Below the pieces are notes generated by a model that had not been told where the DNA came from, ran no database searches, and saw nothing but the letters and a program-made list of their open reading frames with translations. Positions 1 through 8,727 of a DNA stretch of 50,438 bases are shown here, in pieces (within the stretch, counting starts at the first letter, position 1; each line of letters opens with the position of its first letter). Source of the DNA: a virus (Duplodnaviria; Caudoviricetes). The DNA is taken from the IMG/VR virus record IMGVR_UViG_3300024518_002307, positions 1 through 50,438 of that record. One strand, written 5' to 3'. Made by a program: the position numbers and the translations under genes.

Positions 1-116
1 ACTACCAAGCCGTTCCACTCTTCTCTTACTTCCGTGTGGTAATAGTCGAAACCACAACGATCGCAGCAAACCCAATGAAGTCCTGATTTAAACCCTGGAT
101 TAGCCGAATGTGCCAT
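1..116 (-). CDS. Conserved small phage Zn-binding protein, partial (runs off the window start)
   Basis: My translation from ATG at 116: MAHSANPGFKSGLHWVCCDRCGFDYYHTEVREEWNGLVV. The CDRCGF...EWNGL motif is one I recall preceding the adaptor gene in this podovirus type. Confidence 0.7.
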   Translation of the reverse strand, partial: MAHSANPGFKSGLHWVCCDRCGFDYYHTEVREEWNGLV

Positions 117-348
117 TACGCCCTCTATTCCTTCTACGTGGACTGCTCATCTTGTGGTTAGTACATAAATAATATACAGAAGGATCTGAAGGCTTGATGG
201 TAAGAATAACAGCATACAGATGTGCTTTATGTCTTCTGCTTGCTTCAGTGTCTGAATAACTTGGAGGATGTTCAAAGACATGAGCAACCCCCATAGGCAA
301 CGTAGTTCCTATTGCCGAAGCTCTTTTATCTCTTGAGTCTAGCGCCAC
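100..348 (-). CDS. Hypothetical virion-module protein
   Basis: 82-aa ORF overlapping both neighbours in the late operon. Confidence 0.55.
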   Translation of the reverse strand: MALDSRDKRASAIGTTLPMGVAHVFEHPPSYSDTEASRRHKAHLYAVILTIKPSDPSVYYLCTNHKMSSPRRRNRGRNGTFG

Positions 349-628
349 TAAATTTATCTACTATTGCTTGTGCTTCCGTCAATGTCTGAGGAATATAATA
401 TCTTAATTTCATCAATTGATACTGATACTGAAATACTAAGCCCTCTCGTCCTCTTATCATGCTATCAGTTAAATGTTTGTATGCCTTGTAGGGTCTATCG
501 GGTAAGTTGTCTTCGGACATAAGACGCGGATCGGTGATATGTCCCCAATAGCGATCCTTTAATTGCTGCTCCATGCTTATAGGTGCTTTGTCTCGAAAAA
601 TGTTTTTTACGAGAGATACTAAACTCAT
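326..628 (-). CDS. Hypothetical protein
   Basis: 100-aa ORF, TAATG coupling with the upstream gene. Confidence 0.55.
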   Translation of the reverse strand: MSLVSLVKNIFRDKAPISMEQQLKDRYWGHITDPRLMSEDNLPDRPYKAYKHLTDSMIRGREGLVFQYQYQLMKLRYYIPQTLTEAQAIVDKFSGARLKR

Positions 629-1905
629 TATGTAAACTCTTGTCGGATGAAGGTTGTGCCATCATCCGATACTGTACTTGTGCCTACCGTAGTAGATTCG
701 TCGTCAGCTTTAAGCAACGTAGTTGTAGCTGTTTGTGTTATTCTATTTCTAGCAAGCATGTACAAGAATGTTATCTTTTCCTCTAACGTAGCAGTTGCTG
801 CAAAATCACTTGCTGCTGAATGCTCCGCATAATCAGTACCCGCTAAAGCAGTATCTACTTCGGCATTTACTTCAGCTGGGCCAAGTTCAAGATTACTTCC
901 AATAGAACCCGAAAGATTACCAGTAATATTTCCAATGATATTCATAGTCTGATTAGGAAGATTGATCGCAGTTAAATGATCACCGTCCCCGCCCGCCTCA
1001 GTGAGGTTAGTGCCGTCGGCTATATGATCACGAATTGCCATCAAGGAGTCCGTAGTGTTAACATAAGCACTCCAGTCAGCCGTAGCTCCGCTGTTAGCAA
1101 GCTTTGCTATAACAGAATCATCAACAACATCATCAGCATCAGCTACGGCAATCAAGTGATCTAGACTCAATGCCACCAGAGCATCATTAACCTCAGACTG
1201 TACTTCCGCATCCCATGCTGCATTCCAAGGGACAGTGCCATCAGTATTTACATCAAGAGAAGTACCTACAGTAGTACCGTTACCTGTAGCAGTTAGTGCG
1301 GGCATAAAAATAGATACGTTATCTGCCGCTGTTAAGGTGAAAATTCCAGGATCAGCCAATAGATTCACATGAGAGCCTGAGCCTGTATAATCCTCGACGA
1401 TTCCCCACTGCATTTGTACCGCACTGGCAACATCATGAAAGACAATACGACAACCATTATAGGCGTCGTCGTCTATACTAGCAGCAGTCAACGTAAAATC
1501 GTTGATGCTTGTATAAGCAGCAACAGTAGTATTTAGTATGGCACCAGGATAACCAATAGAGAAAGTAGCAGCAGCAAAATTCAACGTTGCACCATCCACC
1601 GTAATCGGACCCACAGTTACATAATAGTTAGATCCTGCAGCATAAAAACCAGCTGTCGCATTACTAGACAAATCAATACTAAATCCGTGAATACCCGTAG
1701 CACCGTCTATGTTAATACCATCTGTATCTAAAAGCACAACACCCGTAGTGCTGCCTCTTTCCGTCATAGAAGTTCCTTTATAAATCCCAATATCCGCTAA
1801 TGCGAAATCTGAAACAATTACGGAAGCGCTAGGGTCATTTGAATCAAACGCATTAAATGGAATTAGAATTGTAGACCCAGGTACAACCATTCCTAAATTA
1901 ATCAT
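628..1905 (-). CDS. Acidic, beta-rich putative virion/baseplate-like protein
   Basis: 425 aa, rich in Asp/Thr/Ala, in the structural operon. Confidence 0.6.
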   Translation of the reverse strand: MINLGMVVPGSTILIPFNAFDSNDPSASVIVSDFALADIGIYKGTSMTERGSTTGVVLLDTDGINIDGATGIHGFSIDLSSNATAGFYAAGSNYYVTVGPITVDGATLNFAAATFSIGYPGAILNTTVAAYTSINDFTLTAASIDDDAYNGCRIVFHDVASAVQMQWGIVEDYTGSGSHVNLLADPGIFTLTAADNVSIFMPALTATGNGTTVGTSLDVNTDGTVPWNAAWDAEVQSEVNDALVALSLDHLIAVADADDVVDDSVIAKLANSGATADWSAYVNTTDSLMAIRDHIADGTNLTEAGGDGDHLTAINLPNQTMNIIGNITGNLSGSIGSNLELGPAEVNAEVDTALAGTDYAEHSAASDFAATATLEEKITFLYMLARNRITQTATTTLLKADDESTTVGTSTVSDDGTTFIRQEFT

Positions 1906-1906
1906 A

Positions 1907-2089
1907 TTATAATCCTATTGGTCCTGCTATCGGTCTAGAGAGGGGCATGCCTAAAGGCCCTTTAGGATTCCCTCCCGCTACAGGCTCGGCAGGCTCTACC
2001 GCCCCTTTCCAGCCCTGAAATTCATTACCGCTTGGGCTTGACTCTGCGGGCTCTACCGCCCCTTTCCACCCTTGGAATTCGTTAGCCAC
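1907..2089 (-). CDS. Small protein with an internal 14-aa duplication
   Basis: NEFQGWKGAVEPAE occurs twice; DNA repeat ggctctaccgcccctttcca at 1992-2011 and 2049-2068. Confidence 0.6.
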   Translation of the reverse strand: MANEFQGWKGAVEPAESSPSGNEFQGWKGAVEPAEPVAGGNPKGPLGMPLSRPIAGPIGL

Positions 2090-2136
2090 TTAGCCTTACC
2101 GCTGGTTCGTCGTAAGTCATTTCCTATTGTCCTCAC

Positions 2137-3174
2137 CTACTGCCCATCACCAAAATCTTCCGGTAATGAGCCTTCTTTAACTGAGCCTGTATCTACAGGT
2201 GAAAAATCCCCATTCGTTGCGTCAGTGAAAGGACTTGCTGAAAGCGTTTCATTCGTATCTGAAGATGCCCAACGATCCACATAATAACTTGGACCTGTAT
2301 AATGTGTAGCATTGTCGTAAGAGGCATTCGCAGTATATACATCTACACTCTGGTTGGTACCATTTAGGTCGTAACCTACCCCACCCGTGCCAGAAAATCC
2401 TTCTATAAGATTATTAGAAATCATTTGAATTTCGACGTTGTTAACTTGCGCAATACCTTGCCCGGTTCCCCCAGCAGACCATACAGAATTATGCATAATC
2501 ACTTGCCGATCAGTTGGATGAATGCCGTTACTAGCGCCATCGATTTTCACAATATTACGATAAACAACACCGGCATTACCCGCCCTAAGAGCTATGTCAC
2601 AATCATTCGTGCCATTCTCGATATAATTGAACATAATATTTCCAGAAAATACTATGCGTATCGCCTCACCTCCAACATTGTGAACATAGTTCCCTATAAC
2701 AAGTCCACGATCCACTTGGATTCCATTGCCCGAGGTATTATCTATCTCGCAGCGAAACACCCCACATTCGTCGTCTGTTCGAATTACAGTAGCCGATCCT
2801 GTATTGTGACAATGCAGATCAATAAAAAAAACATAATCAAATGCAGCATCATCATAAACTGAGACAGAACCCCCGCCAGATATGCCACCCTTGCCTCCAT
2901 CCCCAGCTGCCGTTGTATAGCCTTGAAAAATACAAGGTGTAGTTATTGTCGGTGCCCACGCCACAGTAGTACCAGTATCGGCCATAGCAGCAGATATTTC
3001 GACCGCCACAACTTCGTCCGTTCCAGCCTTAATGTTTACACGAGTACCGTTCGTTGTATCGAAGGTAGTTTGCTCAATTCCATATTCGAGATCCCCAAAG
3101 GGATCACCGACCGTTCCCGTACCACTATCTCCTGCAATCGACGGATCTACATAAATTTCTGATGGCTGTGCCAT
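2137..3174 (-). CDS. Right-handed beta-helix (pectin lyase-like) virion protein, possible tailspike/depolymerase
   Basis: N-terminal IYVDPS...GTGTVGDPF motif and repeated N-x-I/V-x-N ladder; 345 aa. Confidence 0.65.
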   Translation of the reverse strand: MAQPSEIYVDPSIAGDSGTGTVGDPFGDLEYGIEQTTFDTTNGTRVNIKAGTDEVVAVEISAAMADTGTTVAWAPTITTPCIFQGYTTAAGDGGKGGISGGGSVSVYDDAAFDYVFFIDLHCHNTGSATVIRTDDECGVFRCEIDNTSGNGIQVDRGLVIGNYVHNVGGEAIRIVFSGNIMFNYIENGTNDCDIALRAGNAGVVYRNIVKIDGASNGIHPTDRQVIMHNSVWSAGGTGQGIAQVNNVEIQMISNNLIEGFSGTGGVGYDLNGTNQSVDVYTANASYDNATHYTGPSYYVDRWASSDTNETLSASPFTDATNGDFSPVDTGSVKEGSLPEDFGDGQ

Positions 3175-3179
3175 TATTT

Positions 3180-3608
3180 CTAATCTTTAATCGTACACTT
3201 AAGCGTAATATCGTACGTATCATTAGCTGCGACAGTACCAATAGTAGTAAAAATTATATCCCCATCGGCAACTGCCCCCGGAGTACCTGCCATTGTGTAA
3301 CCTCCGACATCTCTGAAATCTTTGTACCCATCGCCCGCACCACAATATGCGATAACTTCATCTGTCGCGTCATCGAATTCTATAAGCACGGCACTAAGAC
3401 CATCTGCTGTAGAATCCGCACTTTGTACACTCCACGTAATCTCATCTATTCTTATCTGAGGAGTAGTCGCAGAAGCAGCCCCTCCTCCCGGAGGTAAAAG
3501 AGTAGAACGATCAATTTTAACTACCGCTGCTTCATCATCCCCTATCATATGAAAAGTAGCAGCGTATTTGTTGCGCCCATTCACATGTACTCGGCTACTA
3601 ATTGCCAT
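3180..3608 (-). CDS. Conserved virion structural protein
   Basis: 142-aa beta-rich ORF ending DGDIIFTT...YDITLKC; AGGA RBS. Confidence 0.6.
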   Translation of the reverse strand: MAISSRVHVNGRNKYAATFHMIGDDEAAVVKIDRSTLLPPGGGAASATTPQIRIDEITWSVQSADSTADGLSAVLIEFDDATDEVIAYCGAGDGYKDFRDVGGYTMAGTPGAVADGDIIFTTIGTVAANDTYDITLKCTIKD

Positions 3609-3620
3609 CTTATTTATTCC

Positions 3621-3839
3621 TCATAATTCCGTCATGTTACTGCCGGGTATTCCCGCCACTAACTCCTCCATCGGCTGTTTAACATCTGGATGCGTTCTGT
3701 TGTGTCGGAAAGGGACAGACGATATCAAACGTCTTCCAACTCCACCACAAGAGCATTTTTCAGGATTGTTCCTTTCTGCCAAAGCGCATTCTCGCACCCA
3801 TAAGTTGGAACAACCGTCGCATTTGTATTCGTATATCAT
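3621..3839 (-). CDS. FmdB-family zinc-ribbon protein
   Basis: MIYEYKCDGC...PEKCSCGG...RRLIS pattern. Confidence 0.75.
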   Translation of the reverse strand: MIYEYKCDGCSNLWVRECALAERNNPEKCSCGGVGRRLISSVPFRHNRTHPDVKQPMEELVAGIPGSNMTEL

Positions 3840-3851
3840 TCCAATTCCAAC

Positions 3852-3873
3852 GAAGGGGGCAAAAGCCCCCTTC
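3852..3873. terminator. GC-rich hairpin, possible terminator
   Basis: gaagggggc-aaaa-gcccccttc perfect stem; the T-tract is on the plus side only. Confidence 0.45.
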
Positions 3874-3876
3874 TTT

Positions 3877-4119
3877 TCAAGGTACTACACTTAAAGTTAC
3901 TACGTTACGTTGTTCAGAGATACGCCATCGAGCCGTATATCCCGAAACAGGTTCTACCCAATCGTCGTCTGCCAAATATACTTCTACCTTTTCAACTTTG
4001 TACTCTGTACCATTAAGATGTACAAACTGGTCAACAACCGGCATGGTATATAAGTTACAAATATGAAAGAGGGTATCCCCTGTACCTTCCGCAACGAATT
4101 CTACGTTATCACCTGGCAT
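3877..4119 (-). CDS. Hypothetical protein
   Basis: 80-aa ORF adjacent to the upstream stop codon. Confidence 0.6.
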   Translation of the reverse strand: MPGDNVEFVAEGTGDTLFHICNLYTMPVVDQFVHLNGTEYKVEKVEVYLADDDWVEPVSGYTARWRISEQRNVVTLSVVP

Positions 4120-4120
4120 C

Positions 4121-5113
4121 TTAGGTCAACGCTATGGAATCACCAGCCGTACCCGCAGTAGCTCGTTCTGGTCCTGCGAAGTGTACGGAATCAGTTGTTC
4201 CCGAACAGAAGTTCGTGTGGTTCACCTGATAGCAGTCTTTCAGAACAACAAAGCCCTGTGTCTGTTCAGCGCCCATCTCAATAGCTTCTACCACTGCGGC
4301 AGATAGCTTGACATTATGGAATAGGCAGTCCTGCGCCCAGCACATACGTTCTATATCAGTTGCCCCTGGTATGCGCCAGTTGGCCGCTGCTGTTTGTGAT
4401 GAATTTAGAAGAAACACACAATTATCAAAGTAAGTATCACGCGCAACCTTGCCCGTGATTGTTTCTCTGGTAAATAACACGTTAGAGTGTGTAGTTGAAG
4501 TGTGCTGTGTTGCTGAAGAACCAATAGCACAATTCTTCATATAAGCTGTATCTCCATTCATCAAAACAGTAGCAGTATTAGCAGTTCCTAGAAGCGTGCT
4601 CTTAAAGAACTCGCAATTAGTGTACTGTGCATACTCTCCACCTTCGGCAACTACATAAAGGCTAGAAGTATTCGTATCAGAACTGTCGAACTTAATGTTA
4701 GTAAAAGTATTACCAACACCCGTGTTCTGTAGAACCGCAATAGCATCTGAATCTTCAGTTGTAGTAACGCCCATCGTCCAGCGAGAACGTTGTCCTTGAT
4801 AACGAGAACCACCACCAAGACCAACAAAATGTACGCGACCCTTAGTCAAAGTAGCTTCTATCTCTTCGTCTGCGGCACCGTTGCCTGTCTTGAGCCCACT
4901 ATTACCATGTAATAGAATTACATCGTGGTTTCCGGACACAGCTTTAGTTATGGCTTGCCCGATAAACTTATAGGGTTTCTTCATAGAAGAACCATTACCA
5001 AACGTCGAAGAGTCTGGATTTACAAAAATATAGTTACCGTAAGTAGTAGGTACTCCACTTGCTCCTACGGGCATACCTCCATTCTGGTAAACTTGATCAC
5101 CAAAAGTAGTCAT
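4121..5113 (-). CDS. Putative beta-helix virion protein
   Basis: 330 aa, YIFVNP...NGSSMKKPYK and repeated NCxF strands; first gene after the capsid gene. Confidence 0.6.
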   Translation of the reverse strand: MTTFGDQVYQNGGMPVGASGVPTTYGNYIFVNPDSSTFGNGSSMKKPYKFIGQAITKAVSGNHDVILLHGNSGLKTGNGAADEEIEATLTKGRVHFVGLGGGSRYQGQRSRWTMGVTTTEDSDAIAVLQNTGVGNTFTNIKFDSSDTNTSSLYVVAEGGEYAQYTNCEFFKSTLLGTANTATVLMNGDTAYMKNCAIGSSATQHTSTTHSNVLFTRETITGKVARDTYFDNCVFLLNSSQTAAANWRIPGATDIERMCWAQDCLFHNVKLSAAVVEAIEMGAEQTQGFVVLKDCYQVNHTNFCSGTTDSVHFAGPERATAGTAGDSIALT

Positions 5114-5199
5114 TTTAGTTTCCTTTTAAAAACTCCCTATCGCAGAGGATACTGCAGCAGCCCCACAACGGACCATAGGGAGTCTAATTTAAGTTGTGA

Positions 5200-6111
5200 T
5201 TACGCTCCCGGTGATCCGAAGATCGCGCGAGGATCGATCCAGCCTGCGCTGTAACGCTCAGTAGCTTTGTACTTCGCGTTCTCCGTATCAAAGTCGTTGT
5301 CCACAGTAAAGGACATCGGACGCCTCTGATAGAAGCACATGCCGTTGTTGGGAAGATTAGAACGAAGGAACCACGCATCCGTATCGGTCAGGTAATGATT
5401 GACCTTAACGCCGTCTGGGAACTTACCCATCTGACGAATCGCGTTAGGATCATTATCTGCCGTGCCTACCCGGAAGGTAGCGTTAAGGATACGATGAGTA
5501 TCGAACTCGATATCAACAGGAATAACAATGCAACGAGGTCGAACCGCAACCTTCAAGCCACGATCATTCGTCCATTTTTCCATGTCGATACAAGCCTGCT
5601 CTAGCGCTGCTTCTGAAATATCAGCAGCGGTAGAAAGCTCATTCGCCCAAGTTCCGCCTGCGTAGTTAACGTGGGCCGCAGAACACATCTCAAGACCATC
5701 CCCACCAAGGTAGGAACCGTCAAATGCTCTGTTGTACACATTAGCTCCAACAGTTTCTTTAGTCTGCCTCATTGAGAAAGCAAGACCTTGGGAACGCCTT
5801 TCACCAACGACATCGTAGAGGTCGTCTTCTACCATTTCTTTGGTTATGATGAATCCAAGACCGTAGACCACATGCTGGAAGCGGGTCAAGAAAGCCTGGC
5901 TCTCGTCGTCATACGGAATGCTTGCGCCTTCCAACTTCTGAGCGGCCTGCCCAAATCCACTAACACCTACGTGCTCTTCGTATGCTCTCTTCGACGTTTT
6001 CACATCGAACAGGTCTGTGTATTCCACTTCGTGCTCGTTATACGCTTTACCGTACCAAGAACTAACTCCGGGGAATAGTGCTTTCGCGAATGATGATGAT
6101 GAAACAACCAT
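5200..6111 (-). CDS. Major capsid protein
   Basis: 303 aa; FAKALFPG, TSKRAYEE, NHYLTDTDAWF, DFDTENAKYKATERYS, DPRAIFGSPGA motifs; position after the scaffold gene. Confidence 0.9.
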   Translation of the reverse strand: MVVSSSSFAKALFPGVSSWYGKAYNEHEVEYTDLFDVKTSKRAYEEHVGVSGFGQAAQKLEGASIPYDDESQAFLTRFQHVVYGLGFIITKEMVEDDLYDVVGERRSQGLAFSMRQTKETVGANVYNRAFDGSYLGGDGLEMCSAAHVNYAGGTWANELSTAADISEAALEQACIDMEKWTNDRGLKVAVRPRCIVIPVDIEFDTHRILNATFRVGTADNDPNAIRQMGKFPDGVKVNHYLTDTDAWFLRSNLPNNGMCFYQRRPMSFTVDNDFDTENAKYKATERYSAGWIDPRAIFGSPGA

Positions 6112-6125
6112 ATTTTATTTCCCCC

Positions 6126-6698
6126 TTATGGTACTGCAGCGAATTCGTGAGTAGTAAACTTAACCCAATAACGACCAAACGCTAAAGTATGATCATTATC
6201 TGGAAGGTTAGGTATTTCTACAATAACTACATCGCCGTCGTTGGTAAGTGCATCGCCGTTTATTTCCATATCAGAAAGGCCCGTAGTAGTACTACCAGAT
6301 CCCACAATAATATCGTAAGCTTCGCCTACAACACCCGTTTCTGCGGTGTCGTCTACTTGCGCTTCAAAAATCATGTCATCTACGGGGTAATACCAAACTC
6401 CCCATTCTGTATGAGTGCTTGCTGAATCGTCGTAATATCGAGTCATTAAAGTGTCCGGGTTATAAGGACCGGAAAAGTTCTGCTCTCCTTTGGAGATCTT
6501 ACCAAAACCAGCCGCAACACCCACACACTCATCTTCCACAGTCAAACGCGCTGCAAGACCACTAGCAAGTTCCAATGCATCACCAACAAAAATATCCGCC
6601 GCGTCAGCTACACCAACGAAACGCAAAGTTGAATTGATTGGCGCACCAGATAATGTCTTGACCGGACGAAATCCGTTCGGCCTATCTACATTTGCCAT
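6126..6698 (-). CDS. Capsid decoration/stabilisation protein
   Basis: MANVDRPNGFRPV start and IFVGD motif; directly upstream of the capsid gene. Confidence 0.7.
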   Translation of the reverse strand: MANVDRPNGFRPVKTLSGAPINSTLRFVGVADAADIFVGDALELASGLAARLTVEDECVGVAAGFGKISKGEQNFSGPYNPDTLMTRYYDDSASTHTEWGVWYYPVDDMIFEAQVDDTAETGVVGEAYDIIVGSGSTTTGLSDMEINGDALTNDGDVVIVEIPNLPDNDHTLAFGRYWVKFTTHEFAAVP

Positions 6699-6714
6699 TT
6701 AAATTTACCTTATG

Positions 6715-7245
6715 TTAAGATTGATTGACGTATTTTAATTCTGTACTTACGTCAGTTTGCCCATATTGTCCCATCCCATCAGGCGACATATCCTTATCGG
6801 CTTTGAACGCCTTCCGTTCTGTTTCTTTAAGGGCTTTTTCCTTAGCACGTTGGTCCTCTTGGTAAAACTTCTTCTTTATTCTCATCAAGTATTGGTACTC
6901 ACCTTTACTTGCCTGGGTCTTACCTGCGGGGACTCTAATAATGCTTCCAACGTTTTCAGACTTATAAATGGCCATTTGCCCAATTTCTAATCCTTGTTCT
7001 GTGGTTGCAAATTCCCATGAGCCTTGCATGAATCGAAAAATACGGTGTCCATTCTCATCTGAGTCTACTACCCATCGATATTCGTAGTCTTTGTCTTTAC
7101 CCTTGACTGTTAGAATATCTCTGTTTCCAGATACGGGAATCCGTGTCGGTTTATTTTCGTCTGCTCTTGAAACTTCTTTACGAGGTCGCCCTCTCTTCTT
7201 TGGCCTTTTAACTACATCTTGTAATGTCAGCGTATTTTCACTCAT
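6715..7245 (-). CDS. Conserved head-module protein
   Basis: YEYRWV and YLMRIKK motifs; lies between scaffold and decoration genes. Confidence 0.65.
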   Translation of the reverse strand: MSENTLTLQDVVKRPKKRGRPRKEVSRADENKPTRIPVSGNRDILTVKGKDKDYEYRWVVDSDENGHRIFRFMQGSWEFATTEQGLEIGQMAIYKSENVGSIIRVPAGKTQASKGEYQYLMRIKKKFYQEDQRAKEKALKETERKAFKADKDMSPDGMGQYGQTDVSTELKYVNQS

Positions 7246-7263
7246 ATCTCTATATACCTTTCT

Positions 7264-8088
7264 TTATTGTTGACTTGACAGATCACCAAGATCTGCTAAT
7301 TGGTTTACGTATTCTTGCAAATCTTTGATTGCACCACTGTCAACAAAACTCTGCCCTATCTGTTTCTGCATATCGTTCAAATCGCCGGCAGTGTACTTAC
7401 TAGATTTGCTCTTCTTGTTAGCACCGCCCGCACCCGCTACCTTGTTAGGGGTATTAGAAGCATTCCCAAACTTGTGTGGGAATGCTTGCCTTATGCGGGA
7501 ATCTACCGTCTTGCACATCTCCGCCGGAGCAACTTTGCTGTTAAAGCATTCTTGTGCTACAGAATCTGCAAACAAGCGCATGTTCTCGTCTTCGTGATAC
7601 CACTTGTTAGAGGTATCTCCCATCCAATCTACGATCTCTGGAGCAAGCTGTGGAGTCTCGTCCACTGTCACCTCGGGAGCTTTCGCTTCCTTCAACTCAC
7701 TCATCTGCTCATCGAGTTCTACGACTTGATCGTGATCCGACTCTTCCAGCGCCTGCTTCTTTTGGCTCTTCAATTCGTCCATCTTGTTCTTTCGGTAAAC
7801 TTCTGCCAACTTGGCGTTGTGTTCACCCATCTCTTTCAGGGCGCGGGTAAGTTCGTCTACTTTGGCACCTTGTACCGTATTCGACTTACCTAGAGCATTT
7901 ATCTTTCCGAAAAGTTCGCTACGTCGATTGAACTCCGGCCAATCGAACCACTCCTGCGAATCCGCCCCTTCGTATTCATCCTGGGGTCTCCAACCATCTC
8001 CCCGAGCTTTCTCTTCTCCCGGCGATAGTTCTACAACCTCCTCCTTCTCTTCCTTTTTTTCTGGCTCTTCTTTTACTTCCTCGACCAT
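7264..8088 (-). CDS. Scaffolding protein
   Basis: Acidic coiled-coil; ARGDGWRP, NKWY, FPHKF motifs; position in the head module. Confidence 0.75.
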   Translation of the reverse strand: MVEEVKEEPEKKEEKEEVVELSPGEEKARGDGWRPQDEYEGADSQEWFDWPEFNRRSELFGKINALGKSNTVQGAKVDELTRALKEMGEHNAKLAEVYRKNKMDELKSQKKQALEESDHDQVVELDEQMSELKEAKAPEVTVDETPQLAPEIVDWMGDTSNKWYHEDENMRLFADSVAQECFNSKVAPAEMCKTVDSRIRQAFPHKFGNASNTPNKVAGAGGANKKSKSSKYTAGDLNDMQKQIGQSFVDSGAIKDLQEYVNQLADLGDLSSQQ

Positions 8089-8091
8089 TCT

Positions 8092-8430
8092 CTATTCCTC
8101 TTCTTTTATGATCACATTAACGTCTTCATCGTTAATCAACTTGTACTCTTTCTCAGTGTGTGGATCTAAGATAAACTTGCCTGCATACCTTGAATACCAG
8201 ACTCGATCCCCTACTTTAGCCCACGGCTTGCCGTTGCGCTCTTGTCCGTTGTCATCCATCATTCGGAAAGCTTTCCACGCATCGGGACCGATAGCGATTA
8301 TCGTTCCTATCTGCTGTCCTGCTTCCTCTAGCCTCTCGTCAAAAGAAACTAGCTGTAATCCCCAATCTGTTTCCTTCTCTACTTTATCCGGCTCAATAAT
8401 CAGTCGGTGCCCGCACGGTATCAGTGCCAT
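8092..8430 (-). CDS. groES: GroES-like co-chaperonin
   Basis: PCGHRLIIEP, GTIIAIGPDA, KVGDRVWYSRYAG, LINDEDV. Confidence 0.9.
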   Translation of the reverse strand: MALIPCGHRLIIEPDKVEKETDWGLQLVSFDERLEEAGQQIGTIIAIGPDAWKAFRMMDDNGQERNGKPWAKVGDRVWYSRYAGKFILDPHTEKEYKLINDEDVNVIIKEEE

Positions 8431-8725
8431 CTTCTTCCTCTCTTTGTTGCGCCTGTTCTGGTTCTTTTACCAGATCGGCTATGTATTCTATGTAAAGCGC
8501 CCTAGCTACATTCTGTGCTGTTACGTGGCCTACTAATTCCAAACTCATGCCCGCGGCAACGTGATCTACAATCTGTACTACTGAGGCTTGGTACTCATAG
8601 TCCAGTTGTTTAAGTAGCGCCTTCGTTACCGGGCTTTGCTTCCATGCATCTATGTAATCCCTGTCTATGTCATTCCACGCGCTTGAAGCTATACTCTCCA
8701 AACGATCCAAATTTTCCTTAATCAT
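8393..8725 (-). CDS. Hypothetical protein downstream of portal
   Basis: WKQSPVTK motif; position between portal and GroES. Confidence 0.65.
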   Translation of the reverse strand: MIKENLDRLESIASSAWNDIDRDYIDAWKQSPVTKALLKQLDYEYQASVVQIVDHVAAGMSLELVGHVTAQNVARALYIEYIADLVKEPEQAQQREEEDGTDTVRAPTDY

Positions 8726-8727
8726 CT

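Noticed and set aside
7300-8536. Long plus-strand ORFs opposite the scaffold and GroES genes, and similarly 43084-43677
   Set aside because: Antisense shadows of well-supported minus-strand genes, with no RBS or recognisable motifs.
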